From the human T2T-CHM13v2.0 reference genome, Homo sapiens, in NCBI RefSeq assembly GCF_009914755.1, contig NC_060947.1: a DNA stretch of 64,000 nt. One strand, written 5' to 3'. The notes under the pieces were generated by a model that was not told the origin of the DNA, made no database searches, and saw only the letters and a list, made by a program, of their open reading frames with translations. Below, in pieces: positions 28,888 through 43,221 of the stretch. The translations under genes were made by a program, and so were the position numbers. The stretch's first letter is position 1. Each line of letters opens with the position of its first letter.

Positions 28888-29254
28888 GAAAAAAAGTGGG
28901 AAACAAATAATCTAAGAATGAGGAGAAAACATGAAGAATAACCCCTTTTTGGGAACTTTACTGGTTTTATGGTGCTTCTACTTGCTAGAGTTTGTTAAAA
29001 ATAAAAATATTATTGTCTTCGTGCACATTTACATCAAAGAAAAAGTCCTATGGTTGACCTGCAAACTATAGAGTACCTAAGTTCCCTTTTTCTCTATTTT
29101 CTTTTATGCCTGCTTTAAAGCTGCTGTAAATTTTCTACTAAGATAAAAACCACTGTTTGGATCGGACCATTATTTTGTTTTGTTTTTTGTTTTTGCAAGC
29201 CAGTAAATTTTTATTAATATCTCAGGGCTAGAGTTCTGAAGTAAAAGTTAGAGA

Positions 29255-29260
<6 letters not shown>

Positions 29261-29302
<42 letters not shown>

Positions 29303-29313
29303 CGTGTGTGTGT
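29261..29313. repeat. (TG)n microsatellite with TGCG interruptions
   Basis: Direct reading. Confidence 0.97.
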
Positions 29314-30137
29314 AAATATGCATATATACATATATATTTAAAGGGCCTTTATGATAGATTTCTGTAATTTTATGTTTACTGGCAATTAAATCAGTTTTAA
29401 TTTCCCTGTAGCACACCAGACATTTTCTCTCTGTACTCTGAGATGTAAATTTTGCTATATAATTTTTTACCTAAGAGTTGTTTCCTTCAATGTGCAAATT
29501 TAGGGCTATTTAGCTGACAATCGCCTAGGGTAACAAAACAGGCTATTAAGAATTTGAAAGTCTAAAATTAAAAAACGAGGTCTTGTCAATCAATAAGATT
29601 TACTTCTATCAGCATATCTAATAGATCTATGTAGGTATGTGTTGTGCACACAATGTTTCACTACTAAAAATATATAAAAGAGCTCTAATTAATTGGCTTA
29701 AGAAAAATAAAAGTGGTTAAATCAAATAGTTTATCAGAAAAAAAGAGTAGTCAAATGCTTTAAGTTTATGTGACTTATGTAAAATCTTTAATAAATAAGC
29801 TAGCTTTAAAATTATTGGTGAAGTACTGTTAGAAATGTCTTAAGAATTTCCAGCATACATTTTGTTTGCATTTATTGATCAAGCAATTTTGTACTTTTCC
29901 CTTAAATATTATAAGGTGTCACAATTTGTCATGAGGGTTATAAAACTATAAACCTAGCCCCAAACAGAATAAGCTTTGCTTGTGTAATTTTTGATAAATA
30001 AGACATTAATTATGCTTTAATGAAAATAGCTAAATCTGGAATTATTTAGTAAAAGAGTCATATATTTAATCTTAAGGTTCTTACTTAGGTAAACACCTGA
30101 AATTTATAGACTATAAAATGGTTGACAGGGAAATAGC

Positions 30138-30810
30138 TGTAATCGCCCAACAGGTTCACCTCATCTGCTATCTAGACAGAGCTTACGTATCAAGACAGGG
30201 AAATTGCAATAGAGAAAGAGCTAGCTGTGCAGCAGACCAGAGTTTTATTACTACTCAAACCAATGTCCCTGAAAATGTGGGGATCAGAGTTTTTAAGGAT
30301 AATTTGGTGGTTAGGGAGCCAATGAGTCGGAAGTTCTGATTGGTTGGGTCAGAGATAAAATCATAGGAAGTCGAAGCTGTCCTCTTGTGCTGAGTCAGTT
30401 CCTGGGTGGGGGCTACAAGACTAGATGAGATGTTTATCCATCTGAGTTGCCAGCTAACTCATGAAGTGCAGAGTCTGCAAAATATCTCAAGCACTGATCT
30501 TACATTTTACAGTAGTGATGCTATCCCCAGGAGCAATTCGGGAAGATTTAGAATCTTGCAGCCTCCAGCTGCGTGACTCCTAAACCATAATTTCTAATCT
30601 TGTGGTTTTAGGCAGGAAGAAGGTTTGTTTTGGGAAAGGACTGTTTTCATCTTTGTTTCACAGTAAAACCGTAAACCGAGGTCCTCCAGAAGTTAGTTCG
30701 GCCTATGCCCAGGAATGAACAAAGATAGCTTGGAGATTAGAAACAAGACGGTGTCTGTTAGGTCAGATTTCTTTCACTGTCTCAGTTATAATTTTGCAAT
30801 GGCAGTTTTA
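30138..30810 (-). mobile_element. LTR8 solo LTR nested in the MER4 internal region
   Basis: tgtaatcgcccaacaggttcacc...ataattttgcaatggcagtttta; 4-bp TSD TAGC/TAAC. Confidence 0.85.
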
Positions 30811-31228
30811 TAACTTTAAATAATGACTATAAGTGTTTTCATAAATAATCTAGGTAAACTATTAAAATAAAATCGGTAAATATAATGGGTTAAATATGTG
30901 TAGACAAATTTGTTATAATTTAATCTAAAGTTAAATTAAATAATGGAGATTTCATTTATTAGATATTTTCAATAAAATATTGTAAGAAAACCTTCTTCCT
31001 AAAAAAAGTGTCTCTTTCTTAAAACATGAATAATTTTTGTCTAATTCAAAGCTTATTTATAATTTATGTATAAAACAAGGTAAAACGAACCAGGAAATAA
31101 GAGAGATTTAACGAAAGTTACAGAAATAAAAAGGTATTGTTTGGTAAGAAAGCTTAAAGCAAAAAATATATATGAGAAAGAATCTCAGATGGTAAATTTG
31201 GTTCTAGGATAAAATAACTGGTTGTTTA

Positions 31229-31393
31229 AGGGATAGCATTAGGAAAAATACCTAATGTAAATGACGAGTTGATGGGTGCAGCAAACCAACATGGCACGTG
31301 TATACCTATGTATCAAACCTGCACGTTGTGCACTTGTACCCTAGAACTTAAAGTATAATAAAAAATAAATAAACAAACAAACAAATAAATAAA
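31229..31393 (+). mobile_element. Short L1PA 3' end (L1PA4-6-like) with A-rich tail
   Basis: gggatagcattagga...gtaccctagaacttaaagtataata followed by (TAAA/CAAA)n. Confidence 0.9.
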
Positions 31394-31603
31394 TGAAAGA
31401 AACAGGGATGTTCAGGACAAACCAGAAATTCCAAGCACACCATGAATGATCTAAGTCATAGTAAGAAAATTTATGAAAGAAAAAAAAACCTTTTATATGA
31501 TCAAGTTGTCTATAATTAAAGAGAAATTATAATGGTCCTTCCAGAAATTGGGTTTTGATTTAAAAAACACTAAAGAATTTGTTCAAAATATTTCAAAATA
31601 TGA

Positions 31604-31932
<329 letters not shown>

Positions 31933-34929
31933 GCTTTACTCTTAATAAATTACAAAAACATTATAATTGTTTCTTATGCACATTTCAACTTTTATTGCCT
32001 CTTATGGTTTTCAGCTTTCTCTCCCCCTTTTAAAAGTCCTGAAATAATAACTCTATCCTTCAACTCATTCTCATTTTCAGCCTCTGTAAGTCTTATTTTT
32101 TTTTCCTTCAGGTTCTAATGGTTGTGGCTTGATTTAAAAAAAAAAGAAGTTAGATCTTAAAGGTCTAAGAGGAAATGTTTTCTTGCAACATAATATTCCC
32201 CATAGGGGACAGCAGTCACGCTGCAGAAGGCCTTTTCTTTTGCCCCTGGGTAGCTGGCCTAATAAACAGACCTTACACTCTCTTGAAATAATTTCTATGA
32301 CATTATTACTAAGTTTGGTTTGCTTAGAAAAATCTGAGATAATTTTTGAAATTAAGATTATTACATCCGTGTAACATAATGTACGTGCTTTCAAAGTCCT
32401 CGTGCCTTAAGTTACAGGGCTTTGACTCCTGAGTCAAAAAAGGACACCAAGTTCCTGCTAAATCTTAACAATGACAGCAGTTACAGCCTCATCTTCAGAT
32501 ACAGTAAAAGATGCCAATCAAAATAAACAGTGTTCATGAGACACAGGGCCAGAAATTAAAACTATTCAACTCCTCAAGGCCCACGGTCTATCATGGAAGA
32601 GATGGGTGTGTCAGATGGTAAGGGCTGATTTTGAGAGAGAAAATAAGTTTAGTTTCTCTATAAATTAATCATCAATGTCAAAGGCACACTGATGCAAGCC
32701 CAGCATATGGGCCCCTGTGTCAGATTAACAAGGTTTTCTTGAAGCATTACCCCACTCCTTAATAAGGGTTATAAAGGTTATAAGAAGGCTTATGGAAATT
32801 ATATCTTATGGTCAAGATTATTACAATTATATAGTTTATAAAATTTTGAAAAACGAGATTAATTGACCTCATGCTATTATTAGGGCTTACTATTTGGAAA
32901 ATAAAGTCTCCTGTCTCAAAGAAGAAAGATTTGCACCTTTTTTTTTTTTGAAGTCTTTGAGTTATCACTTTGACTAAATGAATGACTTATTTTACAATGA
33001 CCTGTGATTTGATTTTGTGATATCGAGTGTTTTAATATTTATATATTTGACAAACTCCAAAGTCAAATTCTAACTTCGATTTTCATTAATTTTTTGATAT
33101 TAATTCCCTGATGCCCAAAAAGAGACATATTTGGCTTAATTTGATATAATAAAATCATACAGAAAGTATCATCAAATATGAAAGTATTTAACCTTCTTTG
33201 GATTATATTTATATAAATGTGTCATTAGTATGTGTTCCAGAATTGTATGATGTTCCTGTAATTCTGATACGTTTTAGCATATGTTATCAGTAGTGATTAA
33301 GATTATTATGTAAAATTTCTGTCTATCAGATAAGTAACCAAGTTTCCTTGGCAATTGTGTTTTTAGCTATGACTGTCCTAAGACTTTTGTTATCCACAGT
33401 TGTTTTACTTTTATCCTTTTCAAAAGGTGGTTTTATAATCAGCATAGGACTCTGACAGGTGCTCTGGAATGGAGGTTTTGAAGATTGTGCCACTAGAATA
33501 GAGAAAAAATTTCCAAGCCTCCCTTGGAGAGCTGCAATGTTCATAAGCATGAAGCAGAACAGGAGTTAGTTCATCGACTAAACTAACAGAAGACTGAAAT
33601 AATCATTTCATAACTTTTTTGCTTAAAATGTTACTGATCCTTTCTTTTTCAGAGCCAAGAAAACTCAATTTGAGCTACTTACAGGTTTTAACAATTGAGT
33701 AAAGTATACTCCTATAAACAATATTTGGAGCATATTTCTTTCTATCTGATTTCTTGAAAATTTGGAAAAAGAGTTGTGAGTATTCTTAACTTATGGCAAA
33801 ATAGCTATTTGCATAAGTGCAATAAGAATTTTTTTTTTTTTTGTAAGAGGACACAATCGGATACACTGTTTTGTTTTGTTCTGTTTACCGAGGTTTTGAC
33901 TGGAATGGCATGCTATCAGATGCAGACCCCTTTAAAGAATCAAAGTTGACTTATAGAGTTAATAAAAGCCCCTTGGGAAAGCTGGCCTCATATCTTGTCT
34001 ACACAGTTCCTGTACAGGTTCCTGACCTGTGGTAGGTAAAGAATGTAACTTTCCGACAGGTCCAGGAGCCCCATGTTTTCTTAGGACCTAGAGGTGAGGA
34101 ATTCATCCAATGAATACGAGTATTTGCAGGAACAGTCTGGACTTAAGGCATGAAAGTCAAATCCGAGATTGTTTATGGAATAAAGTTACAAGAAAGCCAA
34201 TTTAAAACAGGAGACTATATGGCAAATAATTATTCTTTGTGACTTTGTGCAAATACTCTGGCCAAGTATAATAAAACTAAAACTTATTTTGCAAATGAAT
34301 TTGTCCTATGATTTGTCTTTAATAAAATGGGACTAAAGAGAGAGAATTTGTATTTCTAAATAAACTACAGTACACCTGTTGTTAGACTTTAGTCTTGCCT
34401 AATGTTCTTCAATATTTATTATTTTCTCTAGTTTGGACAGAATTCTAAAATTTTTTCTGACTACCAGTCTCCAAAATAATGTTTCTTTCCTTTTCTTCTT
34501 TTCCTTTTTTTCTCCATTTTTCCTGATTTAAAATCACTAAAATTTAAGCTGTGCTTTTCTTAAAGCCCTGTGAACCAAAGCTAGACAAATTAAATTTCAG
34601 AATAACACTAACCTATTTATATACATAAGCCACTTTCATACCTGCTTACTGATGTATGAACTTCAGAGTCATATGGTCTATATAGATTTTCCAGGATTGT
34701 TCTTTTGTTTGTTATTTTTATCCCCTGCTTCCCCTATTTTCTCTTTGTAAGACATAAGACTTCACAATCTGCTCATTTATTTAAAATGAGCTTTCCTAAT
34801 AACGTGGGACCTACCCATCTAGGAAAAAACCATCCTAGCCATGAGAGATCAGACAAAACCTGAGACCAGAGACTCAGTTTTTTTCTAAAATACTTTCTCT
34901 AAAACATTTTAAAAAGAAAAGGGGAAAAA

Positions 34930-35376
34930 TGTGAAAGGAAAATAAGTCTTGGGACCCCAAAATCACTAAGCTAAAGGGAAAAGTCAAGCCTGGGAACTGC
35001 TTAGGGCAAACCTGCCTCCCATTCTGCTTAAAGTCATTTCTCTGCTCACTGAGATAAATGCACATCTGATTGCCTCCTTTGGAAAGTCTAATCAAAAACT
35101 CAAAAGAATGCAACGCTTTGTCTCCCACGTATCTATGACCTGGAAACCCTCTCCCCACTTTCAACTGTCCCACCTTTCCGAACCAAACCAATGACATCTT
35201 ACATATATTGATTGATGTCTCATGTCTCCCTAAAATGTATAAAACCAAACTGTGCCCCAACCACCTGGGACACATGTCAGCAGGACCTCCTGAGCCTGTC
35301 ACAGGCATGTTCTTAATCTTGGCAAAATAAACTCTCTAAATGGACTGGGGCCTGTCTCAGATATTTGGGGTTCACA
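34930..35376 (+). mobile_element. MER4A/MER4A1 3' LTR
   Basis: tgtgaaaggaaaataagtcttgggacccc...ggggttcaca; AATAAA at 35326-35331; followed by ATAG. Confidence 0.9.
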
Positions 35377-36095
35377 ATAGTCTGTTGTAAGTTTTTTGAG
35401 AAATCACCGGACTGCATTCCATAGCGGCTGGACTAATTTACATACCCACCAACAATGAATAAGTATACCCTTTCCTTTGCAGCCTCACCAGCATCTGTTG
35501 TTTTTGCCTTTTTAATAATAGTCATTCTGCCTTGTGTGAAATGGTATCTCATTGTGGTTTTGATTTGCATTTCACTGGGGATTAGTGATGATGAACTTTT
35601 TTTAATGTTTGTTGGCCACTTGGATGTCTTCTTTTGAGAGGTGTGTGTTCATGTCCATTGTCTATTTTTTTGAAGGAGTTTTTTTGCTTGTTGATTTAAG
35701 TGTCCTATAGATTCTAAATATTAGGCCTTTTTCAGATTCATAGTTTGCAAATTTCTTCTCCTCTTCTGTAGGTTGTCGTTTACTTTGTTGATAGCTTTTT
35801 TTGCAATGCAGAAACTCTTGTTTAATTAGGTTCCACTTATCTATTTTTGTTTTACTTGCAATCACTTTTGGGGACATAGCCCAGAATCCTTTGCCAAGAG
35901 TTATGTTGAGAAGAGTATTTCATAGACTGTTCCAGGATTTTAATAATTTGAGGGCTTACATTTAAATCTCTGATCCATTTATAGTTGATTTTGTATATGG
36001 TGCAGTGTGGGGATTGAGATTCAATCTTCTGCATATGGCTAGCCAGTTATCCCAGAACTATTTATTGAATAGAGAGTACTTTTCCCATTGTTTGT
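35377..36095 (-). mobile_element. L1PA16/L1PB-like ORF2 3' part (right part of the ERV host)
   Basis: Continues the L1 broken at 26783; minus ORFs KTKIDKWNLIK and YKINYKWIRDLNV. Confidence 0.9.
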
Positions 36096-36549
36096 TTTAA
36101 TCAGGGTTTAGCATATATTTACTGATATGGATTAGGGCCTCAATAAAGACATTTCATAGAAGGTCTTAAAACATAACTGTTTCCTGATTAATTTTCAATC
36201 TTCTTTCTCTGTTATTTTCTAAGAAAAAAAGGAAAAAAAAAAACACCAGTTGTTTTCAAGCATAAATCACAAGTACATGACTTGCATATGCATAAATATG
36301 TGAAAAGTAATATAAAAAAGATTATTTTAATTTGCAATTTGACAGTCTATACCCATCTCAATTAAAGCAGCATAGCTGCTCTGCAAGTCCTGGCTACAAC
36401 CTGATGAGATACTTCTTCCTAATAATCAAGGACTCCTACCTCTAATCAACAGAAAATACCATAGACAGCATGCTGCTCTTTTGCCCTCTTTACCTATAGT
36501 TCTGTGTAAGGGACAGTGCAGCAAGAGACAAAGCAGCAGGAAATTAGGA

Positions 36550-36725
36550 TTATATCTATATCTATATCTATGTTTAGCTATTTATATATATACATATACA
36601 TATATAAATGTATAGCATGTAGTCTATATGTATTTTGATATTGCATATCTATATAAATGTGTACATTGTACATATAGATATATGTATATTTTATATCTAT
36701 ATTATGAATGATAGATATAGACATA
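36550..36725. repeat. TA-rich low-complexity tract
   Basis: tatatctatatctatatc... Confidence 0.8.
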
Positions 36726-36886
36726 ATCATAAAATAAAACGTGTTTTTCTCTGGCCATAGGTAGAAAGGAAAAGGCAGACTCTGATTTTGGTGAATCTAG
36801 TGAACACGCAGACAATGTAGGATCTGCTGTAGTTGAAAGCCTAGCTTTCTGGAGCCTATCCCTAGTCAGAGAAGGCTAAAGAAACT

Positions 36887-37032
36887 TGCTGTCTAACAGA
36901 AGGCTCTGCAATGTCAGAAATGTTCTACATCTGCACTGTACAATAATTAGGGTATCTCCTAGTCACATGTGCCTATTGACTACTTGAAATGTGTCTAGTT
37001 TGACTACACAGCTGAATTTTAATGTTAATTCA
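36887..37032 (+). mobile_element. MER3 (hAT-Charlie) fragment
   Basis: gaaatgttctacatctgcactgtacaata...agtcacatgtgcctattgactacttgaaatgtgtctagt. Confidence 0.7.
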
Positions 37033-37589
37033 ATATAGCTTCATAAAAAGAAAGCAAAATCACCTCCATACTTGCAGAGGGTGATAGGGAGACTTCTATC
37101 TTCAGGCTAAATGTGGTCTGAGAGTCAGCTGGATGATGATAAAAGGCAGTCTCTTAAGAGAAATGGTGATGGGACTAAGAAAAGAACCCCAGGCATAGAG
37201 TCAATAGACCTGGATCTCAGTCTCAGTCCTGAGAATGGCAAAACTGCATTAGCTGGGGGAATCTCTTTCTTCTTTGGACCCTGTTTCCACTCAGGCAAAT
37301 TGAGTGGAACTGAATTACTTTTTTAACAGTGAATTCAGAAGGGATCTGATGTAATCACTATTGTACAACCAGCATAGCAATCCATTTTTTGACGAGTAGT
37401 TTAAAAAAAAAAAAAAAACTGTAGAGAAAGAAAGCCTAAATGTAGGTAGAAAAAGATGCTGCAGCAGAAACATTCATGGAAAAATCAAGTAATGTTGCAA
37501 ATAATGGTCACTTTGTTTATAGCTACTCAAAGAAAGCATACCGTGGCTCAAATCTTGCACTCTAAGCTGAATATAATTTGTTCTGTTTT

Positions 37590-37740
37590 AATTCTTACAA
37601 CTACTCTATGACCTGGAGTATCATCATTGTACCCATTTTACAGAAAAGAAAACTGAGGCTCTGATATATTAGGCAAGTTGACTAAGGTCATACAATTAAG
37701 AAGCAGTGAAACTAGGATATGATCTCAAGATTGTATTTCT
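37590..37740 (-). mobile_element. MIR
   Basis: cccattttacagaaaagaaaactgaggctc...aaggtcatacaattaagaagcag. Confidence 0.75.
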
Positions 37741-38341
37741 ACTATGATCTTTTTGTACTTAGTATCTGCTACTTATAATGCTTATTATATAACAGGTATA
37801 ATAGTAGCCAATTTCTGTATAATTATCTTATTTACAAGAGCTCTGCCAACACTTTTGTAGAAACCAGCCCAAGAACTCGCCAACTCCATGCCTTGAGAGC
37901 TCCCGACCTGTAGGAGGGATGCTTGCTAAGATTGCTTGGGATCAGAGAACACAGGTCTTGGAAGGATCTTCATATTATGGGCCTTATGGGTCTTTCTCTG
38001 CACCTATCAAATGTTCTATTTTTCTTTAATCTCACTCAGTTCCACTTACATGAATTTATCCTTCAATATCATCTTGATAAAAGTCTTGACTTGCAGTGAT
38101 TCAGATCATTTCCCACTGCATAGAAAAGCAATTTTCAAGTGCCATAAAATATTCTTCAGGAGCAATGGATTTTAATGTTGAAAATCATCTGAGATTCTGA
38201 ATAGCAGAGAAAAAGTGGACAGATGGTACAACTGTCACTTAACTGAAACAAAATGATTATATCTACAATTTAGATGGCATAGCATGCCCCATCTGAGAAA
38301 GAGTGACAGTACCACCTCCATACTATTTTGCTTCTTCATAG

Positions 38342-39314
38342 CTGATCTGAAAGAGAAGACCGGTTAAAGCAATTGGACACATCAACTTGATTTTCCGGAA
38401 ATCACCCTGGGAGAGGACACACTTAATCCTGATTTCAAAGAAGAAATGCCAGGGCAAAGCCAAAACTCCGAATCCTATGGCAAAAGTGGTGAGAATTTTA
38501 CAATAGAAACCGTAATTATTTTTTCTAAAAGTCAAACTGGTTGAAGAATCTTAAGACATTGCAGTCTTAAGACAATGCAGTCAGTTGATTGCAATTATTT
38601 TGCGAACAGATAAATTCAAAATATTATTGTAACTCTTTTTTTTCTCTCTCTCTTCTCATCAAGGTAGAATCTGTACATTACCCTGAGATAGGCCAGACTT
38701 CCCCTTCCCACCGACACTACTGCCGAATGCCCCTATGCGGGAAGCTTTTCAACCAGCTCTGCTAATCCTATGGTTGAGGCACGAGTCATTGACAAACTTA
38801 CCTGATCAAGAGAGTTGACATTAAATCTGTTATAGACTTTATACCTCTCTATTGGCTTGTTTCCATAAATATGATTTACTGAAGAGTTTCAGGTTTACTT
38901 TTAAAGTCACACTATATACATTACATTAATCAGCTTCATGTTTACATCCCACAGACATGTGTTGAGTACCTATCAACAGAGCATGGCCTTTCTGGATTTG
39001 AGGGATATTAAGAGGAAAAGTACCACATCCTTCTCTAAAATAAAACAGAGTTTATGAAAATGACAGGAATCATCATGGTGACCTCTGAAAGTATGAATAG
39101 CCCCCTTTATGTTCAGCCACCACCATTGAAACCACAGCCACCACTATTTCCTAACCTGTATCAATTGCAGTGGAAGGTGGGTTTGGGACTGGAAATACAG
39201 CTACACATCAGAAAAAGACAAAGCAAAGGAGCATACCCAAATAGAGGAAAGAATTGGATATCCCCCACCCCCAGCCCCTGATCCCTGGAGACAACGCTTT
39301 ATAATATGGATACC
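38342..39314 (+). other. Cluster of three exon-like blocks (candidate decayed gene or lncRNA exons)
   Basis: Pyrimidine tract/AG acceptors and GT donors delimit 38342-38488 (147 nt), 38664/38668-38772 and 39171-39314 (144 nt) in repeat-free sequence; no homologue recognised. Confidence 0.3.
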
Positions 39315-39449
39315 GTAAGGTTCATCAACAGGTCATGCTGTAGTATTTATTTCAAAGGAGATATTTCATGACATTAATGACTAAGGTACTATGTGCATTT
39401 TAGCTTAAATTTAAACATTACATTATTATAAAAGATGAGTTTCTGAGAA

Positions 39450-41839
39450 TTTTTTTTCACTTTACTTTGATTTCTGGCATACATGTGCTGAACATGCAGG
39501 TTTGTTACATAGGTATACATGTGCCATGGTGATTTGCTGTACCTATCAACCCGTCATCTAGGTTTTAAGCCCCACATGCATTTGATACTTGTCCTAATGC
39601 TCTCCCTCCCCTTCCCCCCACCCCCAGACAGGCCCCAGTGTATGATGTTCCCTTCTCTGTGACCATGTGTTATTGTTCAGCTCCCACTTATGAGTGAGAA
39701 CATGTGGTATTTGGTTTTCTGTTCCTGTGTTAGTTTGCTGAGGGTGATGGTTTCTAGCTTCATCCATGTACCTGCAAAGGATATGAACTCATTTTTTATG
39801 GCTGCATAGTATTCCATGGTGTATATGTGACACATTTGGATGTGCCTTTATAGTAGCCATTTTTTATGGCTGCATAGTATTCCATGGTGCATATGTGCCA
39901 CATGTGGATGTGCCTTTATAGCAGAATGATTTATAATACTTTGGGTATATACCCAGTAATGGAATTGCTGGGTCAAATGGTATTTCTGGTTCTAGGTCCT
40001 TGAGGAATCACTACACTGTCTTCCACAATGGTTGAATTAATTTACACTCCCACCAACAGTGTAAAAGTGTTCCTATTTCTCTGCATCCCCGCCAGCATCT
40101 GTTGTTTCCAGACTTTTAAATGATCGCCATTCTAACTGGTGTGAGATGCTATCTCATTGTGGTTTTGATTTGCATTTCTCTAATGACCAGTGATGATGAG
40201 CTTTTTTTCATATGTTTGTTGACCACATAAATGTCTTCTTTTGAGAAGTGTCTGTTCATATCCTTCGCCCACTTTTTGATGGGGTTGTTTGATTTTTCTT
40301 GTAAATTTGTTTAAGTTCCTTGTAGATTCTGGATACTAGCACTTTGTCAGATGGATAGATTCCAAAAATTTTCTCCCATTCTGTAGGTTGCCCATTCACT
40401 TTGATGATAGTTTCTTTTTCTGTGCAGAAGCTCTTTAGTTTAATTTGCTCCCATTTGTCAATTTTGGCTTTTGCTGTCATTGCCTTTGGTGTTTTAGTCA
40501 TGAAGTCTTTGCCCATGCCTATGTCCTGAATGGTATTGCCTAGGTTTTCTTCTAGGGTTTTTATGGTTTTAGGTATTACATTTAAGTCTTTAATCTATCT
40601 CGAGTTCATTTTTGTTTAAGGTATAAGGAAGGGGTCCAGTTTCAGTTTTCTGCATATGGCTAGCCAGTTTTCCCAACACCACTTATTAAATTGGGAATCC
40701 TTTCCCTGTTGCTTGTTTTTGACAGGTTTGTCAAAGATCAGATGGTTGTAGATGTGTGGTGTTATTTCTGAGGCCTCTGTCCTGTTCCATTGGTCTATAT
40801 ATCTGTTTTGGTACCAGTATCATGCTGTTTGGGTTACTGTAGCTTTGTAGTATACTTTGAAATCAGGTAGTCTGATGCCTCCAGCTTTGTTCTTTTTGCC
40901 TAGGATTTTCTTGGCTATACAGGCTCTTTTTTGGTTCCACATGAAATTTAAAGTAGTTTTTTCTACTTCTGTGAAGAAAGTCAATGGTAGCTTGATGGGA
41001 ACAGCATTTAATCTGTAAATTACTTTGAGCAGTATGGCCATTTTCACAATATTGATTCTTCCTATCCATGAGCATGGAATGTTTTTCCATTTGTTTGTGT
41101 TCTCTCTTATTTCCTTGAGCAGTGGTTTGTAGTTCTCCTTGAAGAGGTCCTTCGCATCCCTTGTACGTTGTATTACTAGGTATTTTATTCTCTTTGAAGC
41201 AATTGTGAATAGGAGTTCACTCATGATTTGACTCTCTGCTTGTCTATTATTGGTATATAAGAATGCTTGTGATTCTTGCACATTGATTTTGTATCCTGAG
41301 ACTTTGCTGAAGTCATTTATCAGCTTAAGGAGTTTTTCGGCTGAGACCACGGGGTTTTCTAAACGTACAGTCATGTCATCTGCAAACAGACAATTTGACT
41401 TCCTCTCTTCCTATTTGAAAACCCCTTATTTCCTTCTCTTTCCTGATTGCTCTGACTAGAATTTCCAGTACTATGTTGAGTAGGAGTGGTAAGAGAGGGC
41501 ATCCTTGTCTTGTGCCGGCTTTCAAAGGGCATGCTTCCAACTTTTGGCCATTCAGTATGATATTGGCTATGGGTTTGTCATAAATAGCTCTTATTATTTT
41601 GAGATATGTTCCATCCATACCTAGTTTATTGAGTATTTTTAGCACGAAGGGGTGAATTTTATCGAAGGCCTTTTCTGCATCTATTGAGATAATCATGTGG
41701 TTTTTGTCATTGGTTCTGTTTATGTGATGGATTACGTTTATTGATTTGTGTATGTTGAACCAGCCTCGCATCCCAGGGCTGAAGCCCACTTGTTTGTGGT
41801 GGATAAACTTTTTGACGTGCTGCTGGATTCGGTTTGCCA
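39450..41839 (-). mobile_element. 5'-truncated L1PA8-like LINE-1 (ORF2 RT to 3' UTR)
   Basis: 3' UTR tcatctaggttttaagccccacatgcatt; ORFs 40256-41927 match ORF2 ([36 protein letters not shown]). Confidence 0.95.
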
Positions 41840-43221
41840 CTGTCCATTTATACAATGGGGCCTTCAAATAAGAGGAATAGTACTCATGAAGGAGAGGGGA
41901 TAAATTTGGTCTAAATGTCAGAGACAAAACGGCAATCCAATAAGCAACTAGGTATGGGGTGAGTGGTTATAGGGAAGAAACAGGCAAACATAGCTTCCAT
42001 AGTGTCATTTTCCATGCTTGAAAGCTCTCAACTGTTTTTGTCCAGCTTGTAGTAGGAGTTTATAACGTTAAGCCTGGAATTTGACATCTGTAAAGATAGA
42101 GCCTCAACCTACCTGTCTTATCTTCTTTCTGATTTAAAATGTCACTGGCCATGAGTTCCTGCCATCCACCAAATATTCTCTGTCTCTTTTCATCTCCTGG
42201 CCTTTTTTATGCCATTTCATACGCCTAGAATTATTCCACATATCGATTTTGCCTGGCTTCAAAACTAATTCCTATGTGGCCTCTTCCTCCAGAAAAACTC
42301 CCTAATCATCCATAGCACTAAGCTCTTGTTTCTTTGAATGTCCTTGGCACTTCATCTGCACCTCTTTTGTATCCTGTATCTGTCCTCTTCTCAAGAGGGA
42401 AGCCAGTTTTCCTAATATCTCAAAAGTCAGACCGTGCTGCTCCATCACTCAAAACCCTGCCATGGCTTGCATCTCATTCAGGCAAATGCCAAAGTCCCTA
42501 GAAAGCTCTATTTCTGTGTGTCTCAGTCAACCTCCATTACATTACATCCATGCCAGAAACTGTTACAAAAAAATCTATGCCCAGGACTTACGCTAGACCA
42601 AGTGAATCCATTCTCTGGGGGCACTATTTTTTAGACATTTCTAGGTGACTACTCCAAAACTAAGACAGAATTAATTGAAAACTGGAAGCCTATTCTGAGC
42701 TGAAGCTGTAAGAGGAGTTGATTAACTGCTTCCTTTTCACTTTGTGGACTAGAGGCCCATTTTTACTACAGATATGTTTCTTTAGTATATCTGTGCATGC
42801 CTCAAGTTCTAGCTTCTATAAATAAGCAGGTCAACACACAAGAGCTTACTTAGAACACAGCACCTCTCAGAAGCTGCCAGTTTCTATGATTTAAAAATAT
42901 TCTTTTTTCCTCTGTAGAAAATGATGAAATCTGCTTTATCTGCAGAATAATAAAACATTTAAAATAAATATTTAATTCATGTTTATGAAATTAGCAGTTA
43001 ATACAAAGCCAAAGCTGTGAGGGTCACCAAGTATATTAGAGAAGAGAACATTGTTAGAATCCAAGAAGCATTTGCTAACATGAGGCAATGAAGTGAATCT
43101 AGTGAAATGAACTACAATTGGAGAAACATAAGCCAAATACATAAGTACTGGGTTTAAGAGATATGGGGTAGAAGTAGCATGCATAAGAGATATTTAGGGG
43201 ATTGACTATCAGTCATGGGTA

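Noticed and set aside
38549-38582. 16-bp tandem duplication tcttaagaca(t/a)tgcag
   Set aside because: Ordinary slippage microduplication.
39262-39285. Minus-strand G-quadruplex motif (four G-runs)
   Set aside because: A single common motif with no supporting context.
40256-41927. Reverse-transcriptase-like ORFs
   Set aside because: Frameshifted ORF2 pieces of a 5'-truncated L1PA8, not a new RT system.
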